Assembly (NCBI RefSeq): GCF_006345805.1
Contig: NC_043001.1
Span: 53,816,001 to 53,880,000, forward strand
Origin: Octopus sinensis
Taxonomy: Eukaryota
Length of the DNA: 64,000 nt
Direction of reading: 5' to 3'
In this document: one piece after another, positions 51,559 to 64,000 of the stretch
Layout of the letters: every line of letters begins with the position of its first letter
Numbering within the stretch: the first letter of the stretch is position 1
The notes under the pieces: generated by a model
Database searches by the model: none
Seen by the model: only the letters and a program-made list of their open reading frames with translations
Told to the model about the DNA's origin: nothing
Made by a program: the position numbers and the translations under genes

Positions 51559-51643
51559 TTTACCTGATGTTGGCGTATAGTATGTTATGATGTAATTTTT
51601 TATATATACATCAATAACATTCTACCGAAACAGTTGTCGTAAA
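51559..51643 (+). ncRNA. Hammerhead-like fold, family C (A9->U), GUC triplet
   Basis: UUUAC|CUGAUGU|U|GG..about 50 nt..CC|GAA|ACAGUUGU|C|GUAAA. Confidence 0.5.
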
Positions 51644-52934
51644 TTTTCAAAGTCATTTGTCTTCACTTTTATACCTATGCCACACACAGGACCCACATCA
51701 GTGTTGTATCAGTGGTTTAAATTAAAGTTGGTACCTGTATATTTGCAATATCCTCACAACACATGATATAGTCAATGCTGTTTACGTCGCTGTAAGCTCT
51801 ATGCTATCATACCTACCCGTTCTAGCATCCTAGGTGTTGATCTGGTTTGATTTTATTTAATCGTCATGAGAAACCTTTACAAGTATACATATATGTGTGT
51901 CTCGTTACCCTTTATTATATATATTTGTGTGTGTGTGTGGTGTGTGTGTGTGTATTATGTATTATGCAGTTCTATGACAAATATGTTTACGGTCAAAGAA
52001 ATAAGAGAATTTATAGTTAACACTTCGTCAGTATACACATAGTACCAGGACTAAAACCTTTTTAAAATTTCAAACTAAAAATTTAGATATTTATCGACAT
52101 ATTAATAGCATCTGGGGATTGTGCCTTAGGGTGATAATGAATTATAACAAATAAATGGAGTGTTTACTATAATGGAGTGTATTCTAATAACCTAGTTATG
52201 AGAATATTTCATACTAAAACAGCCATATAATTCTATTTAAATTGAAATGCAAATAGGAAAATTAAGCAATTTAATGTATACGAAAATGAAAATGCGTGTA
52301 ACGAAATATTTTCCAAGGAACCATAAATATCTCCAGGCTTTCATAAACAAGGGTTGAGCTGAAAGACAATGTATATCATAAGTATTACTACAAAAGTTTT
52401 CAATTGAAATTTTTGTATTGTAAATGTTATATATTTGTTTTCTCGCCTATCTATCTGTTTTACAATGTTTATTTAGAAAAATCGTAACTGAAAATATAAG
52501 TCGTATTCAAATTTAAGTAAACATGCGTTTCTTTCCATAGAAAACATAATGGGGCTTAAACGACTCATTATACGATCTCCGCTGTTATAACAATACAAAA
52601 GTCAATAATGAAAACTAATGCAATGGATACTATATTGCTACTGACTTCAAAATTGAATTCAGGTTCAATGGGGCGGCATTTCATTCTCGGTGAGCGATAA
52701 AATAAATGGCAATATTAAGAAATTTGTTTTACCTACGTTTTGAAACTTACCGGTATTGATTTATCGTTCTGTATATGTATAATTTTAATTTAAGTAGGAA
52801 TCATATTTCGACATTTATAAATAGGTACAGATCAATTCAAAATAAGAAAGCCTTAAGAGTAAACAGCCTTAACACAAAATTATTAGTATAACACACAAAA
52901 TAACCTCCACCTGCACACTCATGGAAATGCGCAC

Positions 52935-52951
52935 CCATACACACACATGCG

Positions 52952-53011
<60 letters not shown>

Positions 53012-53160
53012 TGTACACACACACGTGTATGTATATATATGTGTGTGTGTGTTTACAGATATATATATACATACATATATAAATATATACGCACATTTAT
53101 ATATATATGTATGTATATGTACACAAACACACATACACACACATATGTATATATATAGGT
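52935..53160. repeat. (TA)n(GA)n(TG)n compound microsatellite
   Basis: Directly visible. Confidence 0.95.
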
Positions 53161-53231
53161 AATGAAAAATTAAAGAGGTGAACTCTTTTCAAAAAACAAC
53201 AGCGTAGGTCTCAGATTATTGAGAGATTAGA

Positions 53232-53891
53232 TTAAAATATTAATTAGAAAAACACAAATTTCAAGGTCAGTAATACTCTATAAAATCCGACACAATCTAA
53301 TCACAGAGAGGATACCGAAGCCATTATAAAAGTGCGAACATATAACATATAAAAACGTATACATACATATGATAGTGTAATTCCGTGACCAAATCAAAGT
53401 CCGATAGAGAATTGCATAAATACATACAGACATATCAAAAAGTTTCTGTTTGATGAGACGGCACTTCATATATTTACAATATCAGGAATAATTTTATTAT
53501 TTTATTTAAAATTCTGAATCCGTACATATTCTCTGATGAAAGAAATGTAGATACTGAAATGGATTTACTTACACAATTCATCGCACATTCCCAGATACGG
53601 CCGTAAGATTCTTTCGTATTTATTATTTTCGTTTGCAGAGTTCCCTTTTGGATTATTGTGAACTGTCATCTCGCCAGCTGGAAACTTTTTGATTTCTCTG
53701 TATTTATGTAATTCTGTACCCGACTTTGATTTGGGCACGGAATTACACTATTATATTTATGTATATGTTTTTATATGTTATATGGTCACATATTTATAAT
53801 GGCTTATATACACCCTCTATGTTTAGATGTGTCGGCTTTGATAACGAGTAATATCGATCTTGAAATTTGTCTCTTTCTAATGAATACTTTA

Positions 53892-53893
<2 letters not shown>
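53232..53893. mobile_element. Diverged foldback element, arms about 235 bp, spacer about 190 bp
   Basis: 53232-53468 matches the reverse complement of 53660-53893 (AAGCCATTATAAA, CATATAACATATAAAAAC, TAGTGTAATTCCGTG.CCAAATCAAAGTC, TCAAAAAGTTTC). Confidence 0.8.
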
Positions 53894-53955
<62 letters not shown>

Positions 53956-53974
53956 ATATACATGCCATAAAACG

Positions 53975-54175
53975 GTAAGCTGGCAGAATCGTACCCGCAT
54001 TGCGTAAAATGCTTAGAGGCACTTCGTCTGTATTTACGTTCTGAGTTCAAATTCCGACAACGCTTTTCATTATTTCGCAGTCGAGAAAATAACCTGCCAG
54101 TTGATATTGGAGTCGATGTAATCTACTGGCCTCCATCCCGTAATTGCTGGCCTTGTGCCAAACATTGAAACCGAT
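53975..54175 (+). mobile_element. SINE S1
   Basis: AGCTGGCAGAATCGT..AAATGCTTAGAGGC..TTCTGAGTTCAAATTCCG. Confidence 0.85.
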
Positions 54176-55566
54176 ATCTCTTTCTGCCATGTAAGTTAAA
54201 CACATTAGTATTATTATGCTGTAATTTAGGCAGGCAGATTACTCATTATGGTTGTTCGTATCTGGAATGTAAGGGGAAATAACTAGTCATACATTGCAAC
54301 TAAGCTCTTGTTTATGTTTGATTTAAATAACGACTGCTGTAAGGTTTCTTCCCGAACACAAAGACGAGGGCTACTTCATCTCTGGTTGTTAGTCAAGGAA
54401 CTATGAACTGTGAAGTATCATCCCCTAATTATTTTGTAAAAGGAGTGTATTTGCCAAGACAGATGTCACTATATAATATATTGTTGTTGTTCTGGTTTCA
54501 ATGCGGCGTGGACAGTTTTGATCCACTTCAAATTCCGCGCGTGGAAATTGCTTCTTAGTGAAATTGAAGGGGTGTATATTCATTACAGTTAATGTTTCTC
54601 GAAGATTTTGGCAATGAATTTGATTAAGTAGAGTGCGTTAAAAAAACCGATTGGTATAGAAATGACATATAAATAAGATACGATTTATAATCTCGTTACG
54701 AATGTTTATCTAAACGAATCTACAAAAATCCATGCAAGTTAATGAAAATTGCACGAACGAAAAGTTCAGTCATATCAATAATCGTATTTAGAAAGGTGAG
54801 ATAGAATTACGATTATTTTGAAAAACCATTTTTTCCGACAGCAGTTGCTCATAATCTGATATATGAATATGGCAATGGTTTTTGTTGTGAACGTTACTAA
54901 TTAGTTGACATTCGTTCTTTACATATTAACACTTTTACCTCCAGTTCTTTATTAGTATAGAATGTATGCGTTTAATTGTGGGTTTATTTATCATCTATAG
55001 GGACAAGTTCAGTAAAATAAATAAACAAAATGAAAGAGAAAGTAATTTTAAGAAGGTATAATATATACAGTGTTTTTTCTCTTTTCTTGTTTTACTACAT
55101 TCCAAGTTTTATTTTTTCTTATATATAAAGAAAAAGAATGAAAGTTGGTATTTCCTAACTTTATGTATATACACCATTCATGAACACGGTGATATAACGA
55201 TTTCAATACTGGCAATTAAGTGATCTAAACAGAAATTGGGCAACGAAAAGATTTCCCATGAACTGATCAGTACGTTGAATAATAAAAGTTATGTACTTCT
55301 TTGAAACTTCACGACGATAGCTTTCAAAAGGTGTACATTTACTGTATTATATTAATTCAGGGTCTTCTAATATACGTTGCCCTATGCATAAAAGGTATAA
55401 ACAAAGTACACAAACACACACACACACACCACATACATAGTAATACATATACCGTAATCTATATAGTGTATATATGTATTTACCTATGTACATATATACA
55501 CACATATACAAGTATGGAAGCGGAAAGCTTGCTCTAAATTATATAGTTACATACAAACACACACAC

Positions 55567-55635
<69 letters not shown>

Positions 55636-55905
55636 AAGTGATGATAAAAATATTAAAATGATGATATCAGTGGCTAGCGTACAAAAAAATGACCATATCG
55701 ATAAAATTAAATTTTAACTATATATTTATAAAAATACAATTACGATTAAGGGCGTTGGAATGCCAACGCCTATATGCTAGAATTGGATGTCAAATATCTG
55801 CAACCCACTCTAAATTTGTTCTCTATTTATAACCCCGGGTCGAGTGCGAGGTAGTGAGCAAGATTTACAAATTCCCGATAATCCTTTATCTTAAGATTTC
55901 ACAGT

Positions 55906-56067
55906 CTGTAATAAAGATTACTTTGCAATCCTCAGTCGAAATACAGTGACAAATATATAAGCTAAAAATTCATATACATACCGATAAATCTGTTTTTATA
56001 GATCCCAATATATACATGCATTTCCCGCATATTTCTACTGAGGATTGCAAAGCAATCTTTATTACAG
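55906..56067. repeat. 38-bp inverted repeat, 86-nt spacer
   Basis: 55906-55943 vs 56030-56067, two mismatches. Confidence 0.9.
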
Positions 56068-56074
56068 AGCAGGT

Positions 56075-56200
56075 ACTGCAAAAAACCGATAGCAAGTACT
56101 AGGCTTAAAGGGATAAGTCCTGACGTCGATTTCTTCGGTTAAAGGCGGTGTCTTGCATGGCCGCAGTCAAATGACTGAAATAAATAAAAGAATAACTGAA
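56075..56200 (+). mobile_element. SINE S2, 3' end
   Basis: ACCGATAG.AAGTACTAGGCTTA..AAAGGCGGTG..CATGGCCGCAGTCAAATGACTGAAA. Confidence 0.8.
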
Positions 56201-56224
56201 TAAAAGACTATCGCATAATAGCAT

Positions 56225-56403
56225 ATATTTATGTATGTATGTATGTATGTATGTATGTATGTATGTATGTATGTATGTATATATACACAAATACAAACAC
56301 ACACACACACATATATATATATATACATGCATATACATATATATATACACACACACACATATATATATATACATATGTATATATATATACATATATATAT
56401 ATG

Positions 56404-56466
<63 letters not shown>
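56225..56466. repeat. (TATG)n/(TA)n compound microsatellite
   Basis: Directly visible. Confidence 0.95.
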
Positions 56467-56471
<5 letters not shown>

Positions 56472-56677
56472 ATCCAAACAAGAAAACACAGAAAAAAAGA
56501 GAAAAAAAACACAGCAACACGAGGACGTGGAACAATTAAAGTATTATTGACGCTCAGGAAAGAAGGGAAGGAGGGTTTAACGTTTCGACCGGAGCTCTTC
56601 GTCGGAAACAAGGAGAAGGAAAGATCCCAAGAAGGGAAGACAGAGGAAAAAATATTTTTGCTGGTGGTGCTCAATAG

Positions 56678-56680
<3 letters not shown>
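56467..56680 (-). mobile_element. Family A-related Penelope-type terminus with hammerhead-like motif at 56575-56609
   Basis: GUUU|CCGACGA|A|GAGCUCCGGUC|GAA|ACGU|U|AAAC, then CCTGAGCGTCAATAATAC; (TA)n on both sides. Confidence 0.65.
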
Positions 56681-56723
<43 letters not shown>

Positions 56724-57779
56724 TGTGTATCATTTACTAAATGATACACACACAAGCCATTTTAAATTCCATTCGCATTTGTGCGCTGATGTGACTGGCA
56801 TGGATGGCGTCGTTCAGTCTCAAATACTGCGAGAAAATATGTTACGAATTTTAAGGAAAGTTCGAAACGAAAATATGACATAATTCCTTAGAAAAATCCA
56901 GTTAATTTAACAATGTTGTTAATGTTGTAATGTGATTATTAAGTTGTACTAGGTGTTGGTCTCTAAGATACCTTGCCTCATCGGTGGAGTCGAATGGCCG
57001 ACGGACTAAAGTGTTTTAATCATAAACACTTATAAGCCCAGACATAAGCCAAATAAAAATCTTAAACATTTACAGAAACAGTCTTGCCGCCTCATATCGT
57101 CTTGGACAGGCCTTATACCTATTATTAGTAATTAGATGTAAGCCCACTCTTCCTCTAAAGAAATATTCCATAAGACAGCCCCTTACTAAAATAGCACCCT
57201 GGCCGGCACTGGTTTTTGAAAACATCGGTAAACCCAAAGGAGAAACAAGTCTAAAAGTAGTTTCACTTTGAACATTCGTATAATGCAGGTAAAAAATATT
57301 AGTCCCGACCGAAGTAATATATCATTCGATCTAATAACTACAAAGTTATGGATCAGGATGAGTTACTGTTACTGAACTGGAAAACACCCGCTCACACGAT
57401 TAGACACACAATTTAACACTCAGAAGCATTTCCCCTTTCGGCCACCCTATAAAAGGTAGTCATTTTGACAAATCTCTCAGTAAAAAGACAGTGAACATCT
57501 AACAAATTTTTATATTTATTAACGGATATAACGAATGAATTATTTCCGTTTCCCTTTCAACTTTCTTCAAGCTTTTTATCTAATTCTTTCTTTGTTTATT
57601 CTCGTGTTTTGTTTTTTCTTGCATTTCCTCAGAGTGTGGTCATAGTATTAGTGCATGAATGACTGCCTGGAATCGATCATGTTACGCTAAATAGCTCATG
57701 TATGACGCTAGTATTCATTAAACAATATCCATCTTTAAATGAATTCGTGATTTTTGCTAATCATATGAGCACAAAAACA

Positions 57780-57802
57780 GCACACACACACACAAACACA
57801 CA

Positions 57803-57842
<40 letters not shown>

Positions 57843-57900
57843 ACACACACACACACACAAACACTCGCGCGTGCGACAAACACATACATAGATACACACA
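57780..57900. repeat. (CA)n microsatellite
   Basis: Directly visible. Confidence 0.95.
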
Positions 57901-58329
57901 GACATATATGCAGAAAATAGAAATAGATACATAGATATATGAAGAAAAACTGACATATTGGATGCTTGTAACCATTGAAGCTGTATTCACAACGAAATGA
58001 AAAGCGTCTTAATGTATCTGTATGTGATTAAAATATTTTCTAGGCTTCATCGTCTTAGAAACTTCATAGTATGGGATATAAATAGTTGTAATTTTTAACT
58101 TTCTCTTAGCTTTCAGCCTTCAATGTTATTGGAGACGTGATTTGAATAAAATAATCTGACAATCTGACAAAGTCATTATTTACGTTAAGTGTTGCTAACA
58201 AATCTGTGTTTATCATACACACTCACACATATATAGCCATTATGCATATAATTACAAACGTATATGAGTGTGCATATTCTGAAAGATACAAACATACAGG
58301 CATATACATAAATAGTCACACTAAAACGC

Positions 58330-58352
58330 ACACAGATATATATATGTATATA

Positions 58353-58439
<87 letters not shown>

Positions 58440-58497
58440 TGTATATAAGATATCTACATATATATACATGTATATATATATAGATAGATAAATAGAT

Positions 58498-58546
<49 letters not shown>

Positions 58547-58550
58547 CAGG
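58330..58550. repeat. (TA)n(TG)n(GATA)n compound microsatellite
   Basis: Directly visible. Confidence 0.95.
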
Positions 58551-58827
58551 CAAACAACCAGAGAGGCAGACAGGTTGAGAAGTAGAGACATAGATACATA
58601 AATACATGCATGCGTATAAACATAGACATATTTTCGTGCATATACGTGCATTATTATATATGTACACTTATATCAATTTAATATTTTTACACGAAAATAT
58701 AGTTTAAACATTAATCGTTGCAATATGGTTATGTATGTCAGTCGAAATATAACATAATACTTTAAGTCAAGACTACTGAAAAGGTTGCAAGACGATTATA
58801 TCGACCCCAGTACTGAACTTACCTATA

Positions 58828-59161
58828 CAGTAATCTCCCGACTATCACGCGATAGGGGAAAATCCGCGAAGTAGAAACTGTACTGTATATATTTTTTTAT
58901 TATTTTTATAATTTGTGTATATTTATTTATTATAAATGTAAAACACCACCACACACTCGCTTTTTAATCATTAATCTATTAATTTTTAGGCGTGAAAATG
59001 CCTAATTTACCAGCAAAACATTTAAAATCTAAAAAAATATGAATACATATCGGCCAAGTAAATCCGCGATATACAGAGAAGTACGAGATATAAATTTACA
59101 TATGTTAGTCAAATGTACAGAGTGCGCGATAGGTGAACTGCGATATGGCGAGTGATTACAG
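58828..59161. mobile_element. Tigger/pogo-like MITE with TA TSD
   Basis: TA-CAGTAATCTCCCGACTATC..GATATGGCGAGTGATTACAG-TA; imperfect TIRs. Confidence 0.7.
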
Positions 59162-59198
59162 TATCTATTTTTTCTTTAATTCTTCATATGATTATAAG

Positions 59199-59278
59199 TT
59201 ACCTGTTGATGGTTGATTTTTGCCATGATGTAATCTCAGAATGCAGCAATACAATTCTACCGAAACTGCTGTTCTGAA
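59199..59278 (+). ncRNA. Hammerhead-like fold, family C (A6->U), second copy
   Basis: UUAC|CUGUUGA|U|GGU..ACC|GAA|ACUGCUGU|U; shares TGATGTAAT and ATTCTACCGAAAC with 51559-51643. Confidence 0.4.
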
Positions 59279-59469
59279 TTTTAACCTCACCTGTGTTCGT
59301 CTATATACATGCAACACCCTTGGAATTATCCATGTTTGATCTACTGTTTATATCAGATTGGGTCCCTAAACTGTCTCACCATGTAGGCTCAATACTAAGT
59401 ATCCAACCATTCCTTTGCCTTATACGTTGATATACTTAGATTCTAATGAACCCTGCTCTGAACTACATA

Positions 59470-59480
59470 TTTGTATATGT

Positions 59481-59553
<73 letters not shown>

Positions 59554-59571
59554 TACATATAATTTAAGATT

Positions 59572-59617
<46 letters not shown>

Positions 59618-59619
59618 TA

Positions 59620-59655
<36 letters not shown>
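59470..59655. repeat. (TA)n microsatellite
   Basis: Directly visible. Confidence 0.95.
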
Positions 59656-59657
<2 letters not shown>

Positions 59658-59924
59658 TTCGGGTTTTACAAACAGTAGTTGTTAGGTGGGGATAAACATT
59701 ACTTCCCAGTATATTTACTACTTTAATTTTTTATAGACATTTTCTAACTAGCTAATTTGCTTGTTGCAAGATCGGTGAATGTGTGTCACTTGATTTCTAT
59801 ATTTGCGAGCTCGAGTGAACTACTGCTATCTCTTGCGGGCGTGTATCTATCACTGATGTTGTCTACAAAGGGATTGAAACCGTACGTTTTAGTGCTCTCG
59901 TGGCTAGAAGATGGTAGGAGTTTG

Positions 59925-60905
59925 CTCCTGCTTCAACGTCTCCAACATCTTCACAGGCACCCATCATCGTTCCTATCATATCACTGACTCCTTTACATGC
60001 CCTTCTAGCAACGTCATTTACTACACCACCTGCTCTTTCTGTCCTCTGTGCATCGGTCGAACGGGACGCCGTATAGCTGACCGGTTAGTGGAGCACTTCT
60101 GAGACATTAGACTCTGCAACGATACCCAGGTCTCGTGCCATTTCCACTCTATCGGTCATTTATTACAAAACCTGTCTGTGGTTGGATTGTCTTTGCACAG
60201 GGACCATCCGCATTCCCACCCTCGCTGTGAACAGGAATTAATCTTCTCTCTTCGCTCTTTTGCGCAACATGGGCTCAACTCCCCTCCAACTTTATATGAT
60301 CCCTTCTCCCCTCCTCACTTCATCTCACACCTACTTCCTCTCTTCACTCCTACCCACCTCTCCTCTTCTCCCTTGCCCTGACACCTACTTCTTTTCTTTC
60401 ATACCGACCATCTCCCTTCATCGTTACCCCTCCATCTCCCTTCATCGTTACTCCTCCATCGGCACCCACCCACACATATCCCAAACCCACCACCCACACC
60501 ACACACTACTACACCACATTATACTATACCAAACCACACAGCACCAAACCACATCACACATCCCCGCACGTCACCAGTCCCTGTCCACAGGCACACACTT
60601 ACACACTCCCACAAACATACACACGCGCACCTTCATTTTGGGATCACCAATACTTTATTATTTCCCCTCCTTCCTAGCTTTCCTGTCTAACTAGCTTTTT
60701 ACAGCCAACCGCCGTAATTGACCGCTTGCCCATAAAGTTTTTTCTATCCTCTCTCTGTGTATTTCCTCGTTTTTCTTTCTCTTGAAGAGCGTAGGCGCGA
60801 AACGTAAAAAACTTTCTCAAAATCCCCCAGAGTTAAACTAATACACCTGTTTGTTGTGTATAAACCTGTCTTCGTTTTTCTGTAAATTTCAACTATATAT
60901 ATATT
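59925..60905 (+). mobile_element. Penelope-like element 3' part: GIY-YIG endonuclease remnant plus terminal repeat
   Basis: FTCPSSNVIYYTTCSFCPLCIGRTGRRIADRLVEHF..HF..H..EQELIFSL..GLN (typical PLE GIY-YIG with CCHH); degenerate hammerhead at 60775-60810; ends TTCAAC-TATATA. Confidence 0.85.
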
Positions 60906-61242
60906 TATGAACAAAACACATACGGAAGAAATATAATATTTCTGAGCAACATTTTATTGATGTATTTATTTAAGTACGCAAGTGTAGATTGATGCTATCC
61001 ATATTGTGCTCTGTAATTCAAAGAGATTCATAGCGAAGAAACAGAAAAAGTGCGAAGTATTATGATTTAATTAGAAGATTAAATAGATTTAATTAGAATG
61101 TTCTTGTATTTACATCGCTATTTCTACATAATATATCAAAGTACAAAATTATAATCCTTGTACACCATGTGCTCATTCTCTATACTTTTGTGTTAAAATA
61201 TATATTTCTCACCCCCACTCTCTCTCTCTCTCTCTTTCTCCT

Positions 61243-61280
<38 letters not shown>

Positions 61281-61509
61281 GCCGCTCTCTCTTCAACTTT
61301 CCTATACTTTTTCTCGGCATTACTTTCACCTTTTCACCATTTGTACAACTATCAATATGATATACATTGTACATGATCAGATATTGCGCACGAAATCATA
61401 GATTAGATCATAATTCCTAAATTTACGTTATCGTACAATTTAAATGCTTAAGAAGGATAAATTCCAAGGTACTTGTATTTCCAACATATAGAACAAGTAT
61501 GTTGAAACT

Positions 61510-61787
61510 ATCCAGGTGAGCACTTGTACCTAAGGGTAGGTGGAGGTTTGTAGAGGAAAAGGAGTCGTTGGGAGGATGGCAGTAGATTGGGGGACGCTAT
61601 GACTTTATCATAATATTATTACAGTATTGTATACAAATTATATAATATATTAAATATCAAATGTTTCATAGTACATATAAACTATTAAAATATAAATAAT
61701 TATTTTTATATATACAAATAGTGGTGGGACGATGTGGCTATTATGTGGCTATGAAGGGGCAGTGGCCCAAAATTTTGAGAACCTCTG
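61510..61787. mobile_element. Second copy of the hAT MITE, 5' end decayed
   Basis: Shares TTGGGGGA.GCTATGA, TATTGTATACAAATTATATAATAT, TATTATGTGGC.ATGA and TTTGAGAACCTCTG with 46707-47032. Confidence 0.7.
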
Positions 61788-61829
61788 CTCAAAAACATGC
61801 ATTTCATTCATATCTAGCTATACTGCACC

Positions 61830-62110
61830 GTATATTCCTAGGTGTAAATGTTGTTGTTGCCGTTTCATCCCTTTTAGTTTGTTCTTAAAGTGTTTGTTAC
61901 GGGCATGGTTAATTCGGTAGTATTCTTGTTCGATGTTTGTTACGAATCTCTCTCTTTCGTGTGGTGTAGTGAGGTTTTTCAGTCCATGTAGTAGGATCCT
62001 CTTTCGTTTTTGGTACTGGTTAATTTGTGAGTATCTTTTCTTTTTGATGGTTTGATCTATCAGATCACAACAATGTAGGACATACCCCTTTGAGAATACC
62101 ACATGCACCA
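61830..62110 (-). mobile_element. Possible Penelope-like ORF N-terminal fragment
   Basis: Basic helical stretch LKNLTTPHERERFVTNIEQEYYRINHARNKHFKNKL resembles PLE N-termini; no diagnostic motif. Confidence 0.25.
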
Positions 62111-63114
62111 ATGATAACTGCATGGTATCTAAGGTACTCACACATACAAACACACAAACACGCGAATACGCCGAATACATAGATACGTACAAACATACAC
62201 ACATGCATACATATATATATATATATATATATATGCATATACACACATACACACATACATACTTACATATGTGTATAGACATGCACACTGACGCACACGC
62301 AGGCGCACAAACAAGCAAACAAAAAGAACGCAGCTCTGATAACGGACAGAGTCAGCGACTATTGACAGGGTTGCAAACCCCAACGAAACTTTTAGAGAAA
62401 AATAAATAAGTAAATGAGTGGAAACCGGTGAGCGTGTTAAATAATAGCGCGCTAAAAGAAAATGACTCTCCCCAGACACAATAACATATATTTATATATC
62501 ATGGGTGCGTCGTAGGTTAAGCGAGTTAAGCTTCATACTGGTAAAAAGGGATAAATCTATCTCTGAAACAATGAATTCATGAAGATGATCAACCAGATAC
62601 CCACGGATACTACAGGCTGTGCTTTAGGGATCTCAGGAATGCGTACTGTGATCTCAAGAGACATGCGTTTTGTAGACACGCGTAGCGATGCATTAAATGT
62701 TTATAAATTCTATCTAAGGATTATTGTTATTAATATATATGTATGTACGTATGTATGTATTATGCATGCATGCATGTATGTATGTATGTATGTATGTATG
62801 TATGTATGTATGTATGTATGTATGTATGTATGTATGTACCTCTGTGTGACCTAACAATTTACATCCCTTAGGAATTACCAACCAAATGTCCCTTACTCTT
62901 TTAAATATGGAATGTAATTGCGAATTTAAATTCAACTTCCCAATTGCAATTTCAAAACTTTAAGACGATGTAATTTTAGATTTTTTATTTTATTTTATTT
63001 TTTTTTACAGATCATTGAATGTCTCACGAACAACGTCTGAATAATCAGTCAAGGTAAACATTTATTCCTTCTGAAAATTAAAATGTTGCTGAAATAGAAT
63101 CGTTTGCATGTACG

Positions 63115-63147
<33 letters not shown>

Positions 63148-63316
63148 TAGTGTGATATATTATAATATAATATAATATAATATAAAAATACTTATCCTGT
63201 CCGATTAAAGAAAATAAAAGTTTAAAATATCTTTAGACACACTTCCTTCCTGTTTCCACTTTTACATTTTACCTATAACTTTTCATTTGTATGGATTCTT
63301 AACTCGTTTTCAACTA

Positions 63317-63347
<31 letters not shown>

Positions 63348-63475
63348 GCATTTGCATACATATATAAACACATGTGCATATACGTGTGTGGGTATGCATG
63401 AATATATGTATGTATTTATGGACTCATAGGGATATACATATAGTATGTACTATACTTGAAAAATACATAACTTTA

Positions 63476-63650
63476 AGGAGGCGAGCTGGCAGGATTGTAT
63501 GTACATCGGCCACGGTCTTCACGGTCTGAATTCAAATTTCCCAGAGAACTTTGCCTTTCAACATTCCGGCGTCGATAAAATAAGTCAGTACAATTGACAT
63601 ACCCACTCCTCCGAAATTACTTTCTTCGTGCCAAAATTTGGAATCAATAT
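63476..63650 (+). mobile_element. SINE S1, decayed
   Basis: GGCGAGCTGGCAGGATTG..TTCAAATTTC..TTTGCCTTTC..GTCGATAAAATAAGT. Confidence 0.8.
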
Positions 63651-64000
63651 TACATTCTTTAGCACGAATTTATACTTATTTTAAATTGAGTTACGTCTAC
63701 CTTCGTTCTTTCTTTCATTTTTATTATTCATTTATTTTATTTTTCTTTAAATTTCCATTGGAGACTCAACGGAATTCTGCTTCGTTCGTCGTTTTCCTTT
63801 AATTTTAATCCGTTTACACTGATTGGGTTTCATTCCTTTATTCTCAAGATCCTGTTCGTTTCATGTTAAACAGCATCTTGTTTTGGTGCATTCTATATAT
63901 TCGTTCCAATCTTCTTTACCCTTTCTTTGATTCTTCCATCCCAACTTCCTGTACTGTTTTTGAATTTTTCTGTATAGTCTAATTGTTTTGTACAAATGTC

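Noticed and set aside
53530-53570. CTGATGA..GAAA in the foldback spacer as a hammerhead
   Set aside because: Helix II is only 2 bp, with no helix I or III pairing.
59845-59895. Another hammerhead (CTGATGT..GAAACCGTACGTT)
   Set aside because: A9 is mutated, helix II is irregular, helix I does not pair, and there is no second copy to support it.
62340-62400. Hammerhead-like TTGACAG..GAAACTTTTAG
   Set aside because: The core does not match CUGANGA and helix I is at most 3 bp.

Overview
Non-coding, very AT-rich eukaryotic DNA packed with microsatellites and decayed mobile elements. The tRNA-derived SINEs and the (TA)n/(TATG)n/(AAT)n profile resemble Octopus genomic DNA (inference from recognition, not a search). 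No protein-coding gene can be named. Almost all supplied ORFs are microsatellite read-throughs or retroelement fragments. Supported content: a CR1-like LINE (1-2450), an L2/Jockey-like LINE 3' end, four R4/Dong-like RLE retrotransposons at (TAA)n-type tracts (one near full length, 47.4-51.3 kb), a Penelope GIY-YIG remnant, a mariner remnant, hAT and Tigger-like MITEs, and three SINE families. The most notable signal is a set of minimal type I hammerhead-ribozyme-like folds in three apparent Penelope-type terminal repeat families. All have an extra base after A9 and a family-specific palindromic helix III. One copy, inside a head-to-head foldback at 34.6-34.8 kb, has a swapped G3/C8 core. The window also holds several long inverted repeats, two overlapping tandem duplications, a near-perfect 108-bp direct repeat and a few weak exon candidates. 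All alignments and folds were done by eye.
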